DNA from: Squalus acanthias
Lineage: Eukaryota
Assembly: GCA_030390025.1 (NCBI GenBank)
Contig: CM059438.1
Location: 64,358,001 to 64,422,000 of the forward strand
DNA length: 64,000 bases
Reading direction: 5' to 3'
How positions within the stretch are numbered: position 1 is the stretch's first letter; the number at the start of each line of letters is the position of its first letter. A program made the translations under genes and the position numbers. The notes beneath the pieces were generated by a model. It was not told the origin of the DNA and did not search any database. It worked only from the letters and a program-made list of their open reading frames with translations. Shown here piece by piece: positions 49,059 through 59,767 of this stretch.

Positions 49059-50878
49059 CTACTTTTTGCCCTTCGAGGGTGATCTCCTTCCCTTGCGCAC
49101 TTCCCCCCTTCTAACCCTACTGCTCCTCCGTAATGGGACCTCAGTGGCTGCAGCAAGGCTGGTGGAAGGCTGCTGCTCGTCAGACCCTGACACTGCAGAT
49201 GCCCCTGAAGGACGGCCTCGACCAGTTCTGGGCCTGGAGGGCCCGGCTGCAGACTGCACCAACTCTGCATGGGCGGCAGCAGTCTGTCCTACAGGCGGTG
49301 GCAAGTGCAGTGGAGAAGTGACAGTGTTGGCAGCAGGAATGCTGTCATCGTGAGAGAGGACAGCAACTCCCTGCTCGCCCGACACACTGGCACTCCCACG
49401 GGGCAGCACTTCAGAATCCGGAGCAATCTGCTGGAGAACAGATTGCTGGCCTGCTGCGGCGCGGTGAGAGCCCCGGGGACATGTGAACGAACCATCGAGG
49501 TTGGCAGCAGTCAGTGCTCGCGTGGCCTCAATCTGAGTCTGCATGAGAGCAGTCAGAGATGGGATCACGGCAGCCAGTGACTGAATTGCAGCACTAAGCG
49601 TTAGTGTGGCATCCGCCTGTGCTACAGCGAAGTGCTCCACACTCCTTGCCAGTGACTCAATGCATTCGGGCACCCTTCCCACTGCACCCATGAGCTCAGT
49701 GTGCATGCCCACCGCCTGGGTGTTCATTTCTGCGATCAGCCGCTCCTCCTCTGCGTCCATTGCAGTAGGAGTGTCTGGCATACTCTCCCTCTGGGGAGAA
49801 GGCCCCCGTTCTTCCCTACCCCCATGGCGTTGCTGCAGCCCGCTGGGTCCTGGAGCTTCACCCTCATCAGACCCTTCCCCCCTGCTCCCCTCCAGGGAAG
49901 GCGTGTTCCCAGTGTGGGCATGGGCTTCCTCGGGAGAGGGTGGCACTGATGCTCCGGCTTCCTCTTCCTCCTCGGCTGCAGCTTCACTCCCAGTGGCAGC
50001 TTCAGGGCCCGTCTCCTCAGCTGGTGAATCACCATCTGAAAGCAGGGAGGTACAAGAGTGGCTTTAGCGTGAGGACAGGGTGGCAGTAAGGGAGGAATAA
50101 GTGCAGCGAGTTAGCAAGTTGGATTGAAAGTGTCAAAGGCTGGTGTTGTGAGGGACAAGTGGAAGGACAGAGGACAAAAAGGTGATGACCTTACCATTGC
50201 TGTCCAGAACGGGGTCGGCGTCTCCAGTGGCGACGGGACCGATCACCCGGCTTGCCACAATCCTGTGGACGCGCTCCTCAAGATCGCTGAGGGGTTGCAG
50301 CTGAGGCCGCCCTCCACCTGTCCATTGCTGCTGTCTCCGATTATGCGCCAGCTTGGCCTGTAAGAAAAAGGACAGCATCTGAGTAAATATACATCCATGG
50401 TCTTGCCTGATGTGCCTCCCATAGGTGAATAGCCCTTACTGTATGCAGCCATGGTCTTGCCTGATGTGCCTCCCATAGGTGAATAGCCCTTACTGTATGC
50501 AAAGTGTGGAATGTGTGTGTGTGTTTCATGAAAGGGCCATAGGTGTTGGATGAGTGTTGTGCATTGGGGTTTTAAGACCCTCTGGCCATAGAGTGAGGTT
50601 GAGATGGAGGGATGGAGAGGTATTGAGAAAAAGCCACTCACCCTGACGACCCGAGTGAGGTCGTTGAACTTTTTGCGGCATTGAGTATGGGTCCTGGGCA
50701 CCATGCTCCTGGAGGAGACGCTCTGAGCCACCTCCCTCCACACTCTTCTGAACTCGCGTGGCAAAGGCCTCCTGCCACTCTCAGGGAAGAGTATACATCT
50801 TCTGCGCTCCACCGCGCCAACCAGAGCATCCAAGCCCCGCTCGGTGAAGCGATGAGCTCGTTCCCTCACCCTCTCCAT
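49059..50878 (-). CDS. Harbinger Myb/SANT-like DNA-binding protein, spliced: 50878-50642, 50357-50195, 50035-49059 (458 aa)
   Basis: ATG at 50878; GT-AG introns (gtgagt...ttacag; gtaagg...tttcag); exon phases 0 and 1 join without a stop; RF...L..LV...W.EVA..VS...RT..QCRKKFNDL and TGGG motifs. Confidence 0.8.
50395..50501. repeat. 54-bp tandem duplication in intron 1 of the Harbinger 3 Myb gene
   Basis: ccatggtcttgcctgatgtgcctcccataggtgaatagcccttactgtatgca occurs twice. Confidence 0.9.
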
Positions 50879-53269
50879 CCTTGGCAGCAAAATGGATTCA
50901 CAGGTCTCTCCAGGCCGAGATTCAAGGCTGCAATGAGCAGGGTGTGGCTGGGGAGCAAGTTGGCCCCCCCCGCTTTAAGAAGTGGCCGACGCCAGTGTGT
51001 CTGTGTTCCCTCGCTAACTGGCAGCAGCTGCGCTGCGCTCGCGCGCTGAGTTAGCGCCTCACTGCTCGGCCTTTGCGCCTTAAGACAGGTGTGCAGCGCC
51101 TGATTTAGCGCTCCACTCACCTCCCGGGGCGGTAAAAGTGAAGTTTCCAGTCAGTGGCGATAATTAGCGCCAGGCGCTAATATTTGCGTCCAGACGATAT
51201 TTGCGCCCCAAATGGGGTGCGACCTAATTTTTCCCCCTTATTCTCTGATCCGCTGATTTTCTGGGAGTCAACCTCGTGGCTTGCCGCGAAGATCTGTGGA
51301 GAGCTGGTCTGCGAAGGCCTGTAAGCGGGTGCACCATCTCGAGAAGTCGGTAAACGGTGTTGGAACCGAAGGCCCGAGAGGAGATGAGATGAGATGAGAA
51401 GAGAAGAAGACGACTACACGTGCCGCCGCGGTCAGTAAACCCCGACCGCGCTCGAAAATCGATTAACCACTTCTTTGAATTCTATCGGCTGCTCCACAAC
51501 TGGCCCTGGAAGACTTTTCTTCGAGTTCTACCGACAACCGGTGTAGGGCACAGGAAGACTCTTTTTCGAGTAGTATCAGAAATCCGAGACCAACACAGAT
51601 CTTCATGACAGCAGATGGTCCAGCCTGCTAGCCGGAGCATAAGCGAGTAAACAAGTGGGGTACAGAGACCCCTGATCAACATGTGAATAGTCAGGTGCTG
51701 TGGCGAAAACATCCGAGCAGCGTTTCGGAATTCTCCGAGTTATCACGAGTGGTGAGCATGCGTCTTGATCCTGCAGATCTATATTAGGACAGGTATTGAT
51801 AGGGGAGGGTTTATGTTTTAAGGATAATTATAATGTGTGTCCCCTTTTTCGATGTGTCGTGCGCTCCTCGTTTCCCTAAACCTAGTTTCATAAATGTGTG
51901 TAAGCTTGTACTGTCATTAATCTGTGCTTATGACATGTATTTCGTAATCTTGAACAATATGCAATAAAGATTTTCCATTTTGTACTATTCAACCGGGTCT
52001 ACCTGAGTTTTCTCTGCATTATTGCTCTCGCACCTAAGTCCAGTGTCAGAACCGTAAGGGCGAGTGGGTCGAACCACTCACAGGTGTCTAGTGCTACCAG
52101 GCTGGCTGGAGACCAGAACAGGCAACAAGGCCTAACCCCGCACTAGCACCCAGGCTAAGCACAGAGCCACGCGAACCCCTTACAAGGTACTCCCATAGTG
52201 CTGTTAGGGAGGGAGTTCCAGGATTTTGACCCAGTGACGATGAAGGAACGGCGATATATTTCCAAGTCAGGATGGTGTGTGACTTGGAGGGGAACTTGCA
52301 GGTGGTGGTGTTCTCATACGCCTGCTGCCATTGTCCTTCTAGGTGGTAGAGGTCGCAGGTTTTGGAGGTGCTGCTGAAGAAGCCTTGGCGTGTTGGTGCG
52401 GTGCATCTTGTAGATGGTACACACTGCAGCTACGGTACGCCGGTGGTGGAGGGAGTGAATGTTTAAGCTGTTGGATGGCTCCCTCTATTGTTCCTCCAAA
52501 AGTTACCTCAGTCTCGACCTCACAAGAGCATGTCCTACTTGTACTAGGTAATAGGACACTTCCTTTCCCCACACCTGCCCCCCTGTAGGCTTTCTGAATA
52601 AGTTTGCTAATTAAGTGCTAAATAGCGCTGAATTAGGCGCAGTTTTGTAATGCGGGTCCGTGCCCACCAAGAGCTGGGCTGAGATCGCCTCAGCTCATTA
52701 CCTATTGGGCCTTTATGGCGAGAAGTTAGCGACTCTTGTTTTCTGTCTGAAATGGTTTGGATCAGATTGAAATACTGTCGGTTCAAGAAGGCAAATCTGT
52801 CCAGATTATCAACACTGTCTCGATACTCTGCAATATCTTACCACCCCTATTATTTGAGATGATAGGTTTGTCAGCCTAGCTTCTGTTATTAAGCAAAAAT
52901 ACTCTGTAATGAGTCTGACAAGCAGATAAAATCAGAAGTACTTTAGGGATGTGAGAGTGATCGAAGAATATCCATGTCTCTGAGCTAAATGAAAAGTTCA
53001 TGCTGCAAAACTGCATTAAAACTGTTAATCATGATAATTAAACCGGGGAAAAAGTCTGGAGCAGCCCTGAAGCAATCTGTTTGACACATCTACAGATGTA
53101 GTATTGAATTCCAAGAATAGCACTTATTATGATGCAAAGAACAAATACACATTCAAGTGTGAAGGAAATCAAGTCCTGATTTTATTTCAACAAGAAATTT
53201 TCCCTCAGCTGATGAACATATTGAAGAATATTTTCTGAATGCAATTAGGGGGAAAGTGAAAAATAAAGT

Positions 53270-53450
53270 GAGATCGCAATGAGCAACCTGTCTGTACCGC
53301 AGTCGGTTCACTGAAACAATGGAGCAAATTAATGCCCTTCAGAGGGTAGAAAGGCAGGCAGCAAATATAATAGCAGACATCAGGAATTTCGATTGCAAAG
53401 CCAGGTTAACAAATTTTAACTTACTTTCTTTGGGGAAAAAGGAGACTTTG
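53270..53450 (+). mobile_element. Highly degenerate CR1 RT fragment
   Basis: INALQRVERQAANIIADIRNFDCKARLTNFNLLSL resembles the CR1 segment I.ALERVQRR...YEERL..L.LFSL. Confidence 0.55.
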
Positions 53451-53470
53451 AAAAAGGAGGGACTTGGATT

Positions 53471-53620
53471 CAATGTTCCCGCTAAGGTGCGCAGCCGCAC
53501 GGCCGAACATCAGTCACGGGGTCTCATGCAGGTCGCTCACTAGCTGCTGCCGCTGGAAGAGATAGCGCACAGCAAATTTAAAGGGCCCGCGCAGGAAAAG
53601 AAAAATTAATGGGAACATTG
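53471..53620. mobile_element. 150-bp hAT MITE
   Basis: TIR caatgttccc / gggaacattg; perfect 8-bp TSD cttggatt. Confidence 0.9.
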
Positions 53621-53656
53621 CTTGGATTTATATAACGCCTTTCATGACCTCAGGAC

Positions 53657-54025
53657 ATACATAGAAACATAGAAACATAGAAACATAGAATCTAGGAGCA
53701 GGAGTAGGCCATTCGGCCCATCGAGCCTGCTCCACCATTCAATACGATCATGGCTGATCATCCAAATCCAGTACCCTGTCCCTGCTTTAATCCCCACAGT
53801 ACACATATCCCACCCTACCCCCGTAACCCCACGTATTTAATTCCCCCTAACATATCCCATCCTATCCCCATAACCCCACATATTTAATCCCCCCCTAACA
53901 CTAAGGGTCAATTTATCATAGCCAAATCAACCTAACCCGCACATTTTTGGACTGTGGGAGGAAACCGGAGCACCCGGAGGAAACCCACGCAGACACGGGG
54001 AGAATGTGCAAACTCCACACAGACC
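53657..54025 (-). mobile_element. HE1-like V-SINE with a CR1-derived 3' tail (5' truncated), inside a Deu-SINE tail remnant
   Basis: V core tgtgggaggaaaccggagcacccggaggaaacccacgcagacacggggagaatgtgcaaactccacacaga; tail (catagaaa)n...ggagcaggagtaggccattcggccc shared with the CR1 3' ends. Confidence 0.85.
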
Positions 54026-54045
54026 ACCAAAGCGCTTTACAGCCA

Positions 54046-55010
54046 ATTTTTTTTTTATTCGTTCATGGGATCTGGGCGCCACTGGCAAGGCCAACATTTA
54101 CTACCCATCCCTAATTGCCCTTGAGAAGGTGGTGGTGAGCCGCCTTCTTGAACCGCTGCAGTCCGTGTGGTGAAGGTGCTCCCACAGTGCTGTTAGGTAG
54201 GGAGTTCCAGGATTTTGACCCAGCGATGATGAAGGATCGGCGATATATTTCTAAGTCAGGATGGTGTGTGACTTGGAGGGGAACTTGGAGGTGGTGGTGT
54301 TCCCATGCGCCTGCTGCCCTTGTCCTTCTAGGTGGAAGAGGTCGCGGGTTTGGGAGGTGCTGCCGAAGAAGCCTTGGTGAGTTGCTGCAGTGCATCTTGT
54401 AGATGGTACACACTGCAGCCACGGTACGCCGGTGGTGGAGGGAGTGAATGTTTAAGGTGGTGGATGGGGTGCCAATCAAGCAGGCTGCTTTGTCTTGGAT
54501 GGTGTCGAGCTTCTTGAGTGTTGTTGGAGCTGCACTCATCCAGGCAAATGGAGAGTATTCCATCACACTCCTTACTTGTGCCTTGTAGATGGTGGACAGG
54601 CTTTGGGGAGTCAGAAGGTGAGACATTCGCCACAGAATACCCAGCCTCTGACCTGCTCTTGTTGCCACAGTATTTATGTGGCTGGTCCAGTTAAGTTTCT
54701 GGTCAATGGTGACCCCCAGGATGTTGATAGTGGGGGATTCAGCGATGGTAATGCAGTTGAATGTCAAGGGGTGGTTGTTAGATGCTTGCTTATTGCAGAT
54801 AGTCATTGCCTGGCACTTATGTGGCATGAATGTTACCTGCCACTTATCAACCCAAGCCTGAATGTTGTCCAGGTCTTGGCGCATGCGGGCCTGGACTGCT
54901 TCATTATCTGAGGAGTTGCGAATGGCGCTGAACACTGTGCAGTCATCAGCGAACATCCCCATTGCTGACCTTATGTTGGAGGGAAGGTCATTGATGAAGC
55001 AGCTGAAGAT
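54046..55010 (-). mobile_element. CR1-clade LINE family B, 3' 1 kb (RT C-terminus)
   Basis: ORF 54111-55118: FINDLP...MFADDC...LGVTIDQKLNW...YKAQVRSVMEYS...KSWNSLP...FKKAAHHHL. Confidence 0.9.
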
Positions 55011-55202
55011 GTAGTCAATGTTGCAATGTAGGAAGTGCGGCAGCCAATTTGCGCACAGCATAATGACCAGATAATCTGTTTTTAGGTGTTGTTGAGGGAT
55101 AAAAGCTGACCAGGACACTGGGGTGAGCTCCCCTGCTCTTCCTCGAATAGTGGGGCCTCCGTTTAACGTCTCATCCGAAAGTCATCACCTCCGACAGTGC
55201 AA
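55010..55202 (-). mobile_element. Deu-SINE internal fragment
   Basis: Reverse complement of 5035-5290, with deletions. Confidence 0.75.
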
Positions 55203-55324
55203 CATTGAGGTGAGTGAATTTGAGTTCTCGAGATTAGGGAGGGGACTGACAAAAGGCGATTGAGGCAAATTGTTCATTGTGGTGATGGGCTCATAATACC
55301 AGGAGACTCAAGCTGAAATTAAGA

Positions 55325-55456
55325 ATGATGCGGAGATGCCGGTGTTGGACTGGGGTGGACAAAAATGAGAAGTCGCACAACACCATGTTATAGTCCAACA
55401 GTTTTATTTAAAATTACGAGCTTTCGGAGCTGTTGCCCCTTCGTCAGGTGAGGGCT
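55325..55456 (-). mobile_element. Solo Penelope-like terminal repeat with a hammerhead motif at 55415-55450
   Basis: Reverse complement of 25879-26004; motif cac-CTGACGA-a-ggggc-aaca-gctcc-GAAA-gc-TC-gta; possible TSD attaagaa (55318-55325 / 55457-55464). Confidence 0.8.
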
Positions 55457-56859
55457 ATTAAGAAGTAAGGGGTAAGGAGGGAAGTCAGGTGGAACTGTAC
55501 TATCTATAGGGCATCGAGTTGTGGAATATGTTGCCAGAGTATAAATGGGTTCAACTGGACAAATGGATGCATTTCCAGAGAGAGAAACAGTTGAGAGATA
55601 TGGTGAAAAGGCAAAGAGATGGGTGCAAAAAAAGAACAATCTTTGCCTGTGTTAGTTTATCAATTAGTTTAATTACTGTTGGATAGAATACACAATGGCT
55701 GAATTTTGATTCCTGTTGGCTGTTTCTGCAAGCTACATGGGTACTTATTTCGATCAGGCAGGGAAAATTTAATTCATTTGCATTTGAGTTCTGATTCCTC
55801 CCAGTTAATTGGCTCCTGTTTTAATTATTCAAATGCCCAGTTTAAATTTCAAAGCTTCTGAACCACAGGGGTTCCACACTGGTTTCAGAAGAATTTTCTG
55901 CCTTTGAAAGCTGTAAAATGGTGGGCAATCTATGTCATTAAAAGTGCTTCAGTTTATTATCTTTTGTTTTAACGAGTCTTGAAACCGGTCAAAGAGCCAA
56001 GCCAGCCGCAGGTGGCGATTCTGATTGGCAGCGGCGCTAACGATCAGTGAGATGGGACAGGGTCAATAATTGGCTGCAGTCCTTTCATGGACAGCTTTGT
56101 CCGAGACCTCTTGCTTCTGGATGTGTCTGGAGTTGCCTGTGCCAACCCGCTCAGTCTGTGGCCAGCAGAAGGCCTGGACGCGTCTGATCCAGGGGTAGCT
56201 TTTCTCCATGTACGAAGTGAGCAGTCATTCCAGGGATCTAGTTATGTTGAAGAGCGGTTCAGCGGAAGCGTCTTTGTTGTTTTGTTGTATCATAAAGGAT
56301 CGCAAAGCTTGTAAAAGCCTGTAAATGCACTGTATTTTGCACTGAGTGCTGTTCATTTACCTGCTCTTTGTTGAATCAATTGTCTTTTGGTTCAAAGCAT
56401 GAATCCTGGTCTGAGAGACCAGGAGAGTCACACGGTGGCACATGGTACATTCCAGTAAGCCGGCATACAGTGACAAGGATTCTCTGTTCAATCACTGGGC
56501 ATTACTATTCTATGCCTGTATATATTGGGCAGGTGACAGCAAAACTGCAGATCATGGGGGATGTGGGACCTGCTTACAGAAGTGGTCAATGGCGTTGAAC
56601 CCAAATAAATATTTGGCTAAAACCCAAAAATCTTAACAGTGAGGTCTATCTAAGTGATGTCCTAATGGTCTTTTCCTGTTCCTAAATGTGACGTTCCTAT
56701 GTTAAAACGGCACGGCTGATTGGTTGGGGAGTTCTTCATTTCTGTGCAATTGCTGGATAAACTGGGATATCTCTATTGCAGTGTTCACTTTTGCAAAGCA
56801 TTTCTAGAATGAATAAATTACATTTTCTGATAGCTCGTTAAAAAAAGTGACCCGGGTCC

Positions 56860-57170
56860 CACAGTGGCTCAATACATTTATACACTGCCCGCTCCGGCAC
56901 TGGGCCATACTGGCCAGGAAGGCCCTAGGTTTAATACTTAATCAGTCCAGACTTCACACTTCTCCGCTACAGTAGCAACAGACTGTGAGGGCATAAGCCA
57001 GCCAGGGTCCCACTACTGATCGCTATCCAGTCATCACTGGTGGAAAGGATGTGAATGTAGATGTGAGGTGAGGACCGCATCACTGATAAAGAACACATCA
57101 AAGTGCCTGAGGTACCACTGCTCATGAGACCCTAACCCAGCATGAGTTAGCACCCCCAGAAAAAGAAAGG
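56860..57170 (+). mobile_element. Probable old tRNA-derived SINE; a related remnant may lie at about 40490-40720 on the minus strand
   Basis: gtggctca A box-like start, ccaggaaggccctaggttt, cagccagggtcccactactgatcgctatccag; degenerate. Confidence 0.4.
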
Positions 57171-57465
57171 AGAACATTTTGGGTTACGAGGAATTCATCA
57201 GGCCACAGGCAACATGCCTCTGGCCTTGTGTTACTGATGACATGTTCTATAGATTTACGAGCACGTTAACTTTACTTTTAGAACAATTAAGGAGATGGTA
57301 AAACCCCTTTAATGGAAAACACATCCTTTAGGGCTCCAGCAGCACGGTAAGGATTTAACGGCTCGCCTTGGTTGCCAACTCAACCTGCTTCATGGCTACA
57401 CTGCCAGGGCACATCATGTTAAATATACCTTTTAGCCACTCAGATCAGGAGCTCACGAGACATGG

Positions 57466-57486
57466 ACACACACGCACATGCAGACT

Positions 57487-57527
<41 letters not shown>

Positions 57528-57530
57528 ACT

Positions 57531-57563
<33 letters not shown>

Positions 57564-57684
57564 ACTCACACACACACACACACACACACAGACACACTCA
57601 CACACACACACACACACACAGACACACTCACACACACACACACACACACACAGACACACTCACACACACACACACACACACACT

Positions 57685-57715
<31 letters not shown>

Positions 57716-58968
57716 ACTCACACACACACACACACAGACACACTCACACACACACACACACACACAGACACACTCACACACACACACAGACACACTCACA
57801 CACACACACACACACACAGACACACTCATACACACACACACACACACAGACACACTCATACACACACACACACAGACACACTCACACACACACATACACA
57901 CACACACACACACACACTCACGCACACACACAGACACACTCATACACACACACACACACACAGACACACTCATACACACACACACACAGACACACTCATA
58001 CACACACACACACACACACACAGACACACATGTACAGACACACACAGACACACTCATACACACTCACACAGACACACTCATACACACACTCACACACACA
58101 GACACACATGCACAGACACACACAGACACACTCATACACACACTCACACACACACACAAACTCTCGTACATACATAGACTCACACACAGACTCTTGTACA
58201 CACACTCACACTCACACACACAGACTTTCTCACACACACAGACTCTCTCACACACACACAAACTCTCTCTCACACACACACAGACTCTCACACACACAGA
58301 CTCACACACACACACTCACACACACAGACTCACAAACACACACTCGTACACACATAGGCTCTCTCACACCCACACAGACTCTCACACATGCATACGCTCA
58401 CACACACTCACACACACACTCACACACACAGACTCTCTCTCACACACACAGACTCTCTCACACACACACAGACTCTCTCTCACACACACAGACTCTCTCA
58501 CACACACAGAGACTCTCTCACACACACACAGAGACTCTCTCACACACACAGACTCTCTCACACACACAGAGACTCTCTCACACACACACAGAGACTCTCT
58601 CACACACACAGACTCTCTCACACACACAGACTCTCTCACACACACAGACTCTCTCACACACACAGAGACTCTCTCACACACACACAGAGACTCTCTCACA
58701 CACACAGACTCTCTCTCACACACACAGACTCTCTCACACACACATAGAGACTCTCACACACACAGACTCTCTCACACACACAGAGACTCTCTCACACACA
58801 CAGACTCTCTCTCACACACACAGACTCTCTCACACACACAGAGACTCTCCCACACACACAGACTCTCTCACACACACAGACTCTCTCTCACACACACTCT
58901 CTCACACACACAGAGACTCTCTCACACACACAGACTCTCTCTCACACACACTCTCTCACACACACAGA
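57466..58968. repeat. Compound (CA)n / (CACAGACTCT) microsatellite; continues at 59721-59760 and 61271-61306
   Basis: Seen directly; the unit drifts from cagacacactca(ca)n to cagactctctca(ca)n. Confidence 0.95.
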
Positions 58969-59720
58969 GGGCTGGATTTTCATAGGGCCGTGGAGGCGGG
59001 TTTGGAGGCGTGTGGGGGGTTAAAATTGCGAAAAGTGGCGGGCGGACCTGATCCCGCCTCCATTCCGCCTCCACGCAATTTTGATAAAATCATGTGTGGT
59101 GTTCCCGACTCCGTCCCGCCTCCAAGAGGCAGGAGAGGCCATTAAAGCCCTTAACAAGCCCTAAATTGGCTCTGTAATGCCATTTTGAAACGTTTTAGCT
59201 AGTTTAACCCTTTTCTGACGTGAAGCACGCCTGATGTGAAACACGCCAGTGAAACCTGGCGGGAGCACAAGTGGATAGCTGACTATCAGCTGCAGGTCCA
59301 CTATTACAACGGAGATGTGATGAAGGTAGTAGTAGTATTAGGTCTGAAAGTCGCCTCTGATGCTGCTGCATTGAAGGTCTTCAGAGACTGCCTGGCCTTT
59401 GCTGTGAGAGGACTTGGATGGAAAAAAAAATTCTCTCTCTCTCTCTCTCTCTCTCTCTGATGCTGCTCATTTTCCATCCAGGTCCTCTCACAGCAAAGGC
59501 CAGGCAGTCTCTGACCTGCAATGCAGCAGCAATGATGACATCATCAGAGGCGACTTTCAGACTGAAACCACTAATTGGTTCATGGGTTCCCACATGCTGG
59601 AACTCAATTGCCCAATTAGGTGAAAATTGCATCAATCTCCCACATCCAATTGCAGTCGGGTGGATAACATGAAAAGTGGATGACACGACCCCAACTCGCC
59701 CCAGTATCAAAATCTAGCCC
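58969..59720 (+). mobile_element. Harbinger MITE family A, copy 3
   Basis: TIRs gggctggatttt / aaaatctagccc; TSD aga. Confidence 0.9.
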
Positions 59721-59767
59721 AGACTCTCTCACAGACACAGACTCACACATGCGCACATACTCATACT

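Larger units (their letters stand above)
47076..51237. mobile_element. PIF/Harbinger transposon 3, near intact (4162 bp)
   Basis: TIRs ggggtaaaaatt / aatttttccccc; TSD tta (47073-47075 / 51238-51240); CpG-rich subterminal regions with repeated tagcgcc motifs; two convergent genes. Confidence 0.95.
46392..52184 (+). mobile_element. Solo LTR (about 1628 bp after removing Harbinger 3)
   Basis: tgta...taca ends; 4-bp TSD aggt (46388-46391 / 52185-52188); TATA-like ctataa near 47005 and aataaa near 51963 suggest + orientation. Confidence 0.8.
46262..52470 (-). mobile_element. CR1-clade LINE family B 3' fragment (46262-46391 and 52185-52470), split by a solo LTR
   Basis: Rejoined sequence gtccgtgtggtgaaggtactccca matches 54161-54185. 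Confidence 0.85.

Noticed and set aside
56087..56314. 75-aa ATG ORF in unique sequence
   Set aside because: No recognisable homology or splice structure; the length is within chance expectation.
57368..59145. His/Thr-rich and Cys/Val-rich ORFs up to 555 aa
   Set aside because: Translations of the CA microsatellite.
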